A program made the position numbers and the translations under genes. A stretch of DNA of 64,000 nucleotides from an uncultured Gemmatimonadales bacterium. GTDB lineage: Bacteria; Gemmatimonadota; Gemmatimonadetes; Longimicrobiales; Gaopeijiaceae. The notes under the pieces were generated by a model, which worked only from the letters and a program-made list of their open reading frames with translations, made no database searches and was not told where the DNA came from. Of this stretch, positions 61,340 to 64,000 are shown in pieces. The stretch is from contig CAWELD010000003.1 of the NCBI GenBank assembly GCA_963809895.1, positions 2,144,001-2,208,000 of the forward strand, given 5' to 3'. How positions within the stretch are numbered: the stretch's first letter is position 1; each line of letters begins with the position of its first letter.

Positions 61340-63035
61340 TCATCGACCCGAGGAGCGGCGTGTAGGTGATCCGCGCCGCGCTTCGGCCAGGCGTAGCGCC
61401 CGGTCCCGGTCGTACACGTCCGGGTAGAATCGGACCATCCCGTCCTTCCCGACCCAGGCGGTGAAGTACGCGATGTAGACCGGGATGGGCTGGTCCAGAT
61501 CGAGGCGGGTACGCTCGCCCTGGCGCACCAACTCGTCCAAACGGCCAGGCGGCGTGTCCGAGGCGTTCCGGAGCACGTACCGGGCGAGCTTCTGCGGCTC
61601 CTCGACGCGAATACACCCGTGGCTGAAGGCACGGAAGTCCCTGGCGAAGAGGTGGTCCGCCGGGGTGTCGTGCAGATAGATGTCGTGTGTGTTGGGCAGC
61701 ATGAACTTCACGATCCCGAGCGCGTTCGTCGGCCCCGGCTTCTGGCGGAAATCGTAGGGGAACGACGCGGTGTCCACCGAGACCCAGTCGATGTCCTCTG
61801 GCGAGCGCGCAGGCCCGAAGGCGTCGCCCTCGTCCACCAGTTCCAGGCGCCGGTCATCGAGATACGCGGCGTCACGACGCAGCGCCGGGAGGATCTCCTC
61901 GCGCTCGATGGACTCCGGCACGTGCCAGTACGGGTTCACCACCAGGTACTGCAAGGTGTCCTGGAAGATGTTGGTCCGCTTGTCCGGCTGTCCGACCACC
62001 ACCCCCATCTCCATGACCGGGCGGTCGTGTTCGAGAACCTCCAGCTCGAATCCCGCGACGTTCACGAGGATGGCACGATCCCCCAGGCTCCGAGGCATGC
62101 GACGCATGCGATCGAGGTTGAGCTCGAGGTCGGCGACCCGCTCGGACGCGGAGATGTTCATGGTGGATACGGTCGTCTCCCCCACGACGCTGTCCGCCGG
62201 GATGCCGTAGCGGCGCTGGAAGCGGGCCACCGCGGCGGCGAGATCGGCGTCGAACCGCTCCGGTGACCGGTTCCCGCCCTCGGCGAGCTCCGCGACCTCC
62301 GGGTCCATGCCAGCCCGCAGCCTGGCTCGGACGGCGGCCACGCGGGGGCTCGAATCCCCGTTCTGGAGAACCGGCCCCGGCGGCACGGACGGCCAGCCCC
62401 CGGCACGCTCCTGCTCGCGGTACGCCGCCAGCGCATCGCGGAGTTGGCCGTACCAGGGAAAGGTCGGTCGCAGGCCCTCGAGAACGCGCTGGGGATCGAC
62501 GCCCTGGGCCACGCTGTCCAGCAGGCTTCGCCACGGCACCGAGTCGGGCCGGATCTCCCAATCCAGTCCCGCGTCGGCGGGATCCGTCCACCCCCGGGCC
62601 AGGGCGTCGGCCAGACGCAGGTAGGCGTCGGACAGGAGCACCTCCGCCCGGGCGGAAGTTTCCGGCGAGTCGCGTTCGCCGAGCTCCCTGACGGCCTGGA
62701 TCACGGCCTCGGTGCGGAAGTTCGCCGGGTCCAGCCCTTCGGACGTCGCGGCGTCGAAGGCCTCGTCGAGCCGGCGCCCCCGCGAGCTCAATCCGTCGCC
62801 CCGGACCCAGAGCACGGGTCCTGCCGAATCAGCGTAGAAGTCCCGTAACTCCTCGACGTGGGCCAAGGGTCCGCCGCTCGGGTGACGACGCGAGCAACGT
62901 CTGCGCGCTGCGGCGCACAGCCGGATCACGCATCCCTCCACCGCCGAAGAACGACCATGGGCCCATGGTGGCGACGGCCCAGAGCACGGCGATGCAGACG
63001 ACGGTGATGGCGGCGAGCGTTGCAGTTCGGTTCAT
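61340..63035 (-). CDS. L,D-transpeptidase, YcbB-like with peptidoglycan-binding domain (frameshift near 62880)
   Basis: AVARFQ..G..AD..VG, VNPYW.VP, NALG.VKF, YLHDTP, SHGCIRV; signal anchor is in the 62829-63035 ORF. Confidence 0.88.
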
Positions 63036-63086
63036 CTATCTTGTCGCGTCGAGAAGTCGTTGGCGTCGAGTGTCATCCCCTGGAAA

Positions 63087-63103
63087 CGCAAGGGCCGTTC
63101 CAG
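63087..63103 (-). promoter_or_regulatory. Sigma54 -24/-12 promoter for the L,D-transpeptidase
   Basis: Minus strand CTGGAACGGCCCTTGC: GG-N10-GC, about 50 nt before the ATG. Confidence 0.6.
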
Positions 63104-63141
63104 TTACCGTGAAGGCTCCACAGTCGTCAGCCGGAGCGCCC

Positions 63142-64000
63142 ATGAGTCGCTGGAAGGGTCTGGACATCGAAGCGGAAGGGACCGGGATCTCCCGTCCCCT
63201 GAGCGAGCAGGTCAACCTTCTGGGGGCGATGCTGGGAGAGGCCGTTCGCCAGCGCTACGGCGACGAGGGGCTGGAGCGGGTGGAGCGGCTCAGGCGCTTG
63301 TGTCGCGAATCGGCCCGGACAGGCGACCCCGAGGGGCTGCGCCAGGCCACCGCCCTGGTGGGCGAGCTCGAGCTCGACGAGATCGTGCCACTGCTGCGGG
63401 CCTTCACCTCCTTCTTCCACCTGGTGAACCAGGCCGAGAAGCAGGAAATCGTGCGCATCAACCGGGAGCGGTCCCGCTCCGGGCCCCGCCCCGAGTCGGT
63501 GGGAGAGATCCTGGAGCGCCTTCACCGCGATGGCACCTCTTTCGACGACCTCCAGAGGCTGCTCGCCCGCCTGGACATTCAGCCGACGCTGACCGCGCAC
63601 CCCACGGAGGCACGTCCGGCGGCTGTCCTCGAGAAGCAGCGGGAGCTGGCGGATCTCCTTCTCTCGTTGCGCCGCGACGACCCGCCGCCGGTGGAGAGGG
63701 ACCGGATCCTGGACGCCATCTACAACCTCATCGCGCTCCTCCTCGCCACCGACGAGATCCGGACCGAGCGGCCGCAGGTGGAAGACGAGGTGGAGCAAGG
63801 CCTCTATTTCCTCCTGGGCACCATCTGGGATGCCGTCCCCGCTCTCTACGACGACATGGCACGCACCGTGGAGCGCTGCTGGGGCGACTCCATCGAGATC
63901 CCGCCCTTCCTGCGATACCGTTCGTGGATCGGGAGCGACAGGGACGGCAACCCCAACGTCACCGCACAGGTGACGCGGGCCACCATCCGCACACAGCGCT
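63142..64000 (+). CDS. ppc: Phosphoenolpyruvate carboxylase (5' part, runs off the window; absent from the ORF track)
   Basis: Own translation: LLGAMLG, RAFTSFFHLVNQAE, PTLTAHPTE, TDEIR..RP.VEDE, SWIGSDRDGNPNVT. Confidence 0.93.
   Translation, partial: MSRWKGLDIEAEGTGISRPLSEQVNLLGAMLGEAVRQRYGDEGLERVERLRRLCRESARTGDPEGLRQATALVGELELDEIVPLLRAFTSFFHLVNQAEKQEIVRINRERSRSGPRPESVGEILERLHRDGTSFDDLQRLLARLDIQPTLTAHPTEARPAAVLEKQRELADLLLSLRRDDPPPVERDRILDAIYNLIALLLATDEIRTERPQVEDEVEQGLYFLLGTIWDAVPALYDDMARTVERCWGDSIEIPPFLRYRSWIGSDRDGNPNVTAQVTRATIRTQR

Noticed and set aside
63127..63798. 223-aa minus-strand ORF and similar long antisense ORFs throughout
   Set aside because: Antisense shadows of real genes (here ppc), expected at this GC content

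Overview
High-GC, gene-dense bacterial window. The mix of a PadR/ADOP permease, SusC/SusD, M1/M14/M28 peptidases and sigma54 systems suggests Gemmatimonadota; this is inference and no taxonomic marker was tested. The left half (1-37 kb) holds mostly housekeeping and nutrient-scavenging genes: a GCS2-CBS fusion, an iodotyrosine-deiodinase-like nitroreductase, a Leu/Glu dehydrogenase, peptidases, an ECF sigma operon, argJ, tRNA-Arg(CCG), RNase P RNA and an esterase-NagZ-symporter-SusC-SusD uptake operon. The most notable part is a redox island at about 37.2-53.8 kb. Two convergent operons encode 11-, 13- and 15-heme c-type cytochromes with two paralogous FdnI/CbcL-like cytochrome b modules (one split, one fused). 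They are flanked by two sigma54 two-component systems, one with a heme-motif sensor domain, and have readable -24/-12 promoters and candidate enhancer boxes. Between the operons lie a 301-bp MITE and a 5'-truncated AAA ATPase. The right end has a phosphodiesterase/sulfatase cluster, lipoproteins, an L,D-transpeptidase and the 5' part of ppc. At least seven genes carry single-base frameshifts that look like assembly errors; one creates a spurious symporter-SusC fusion. All calls are from motif recognition by eye, with no database searches.
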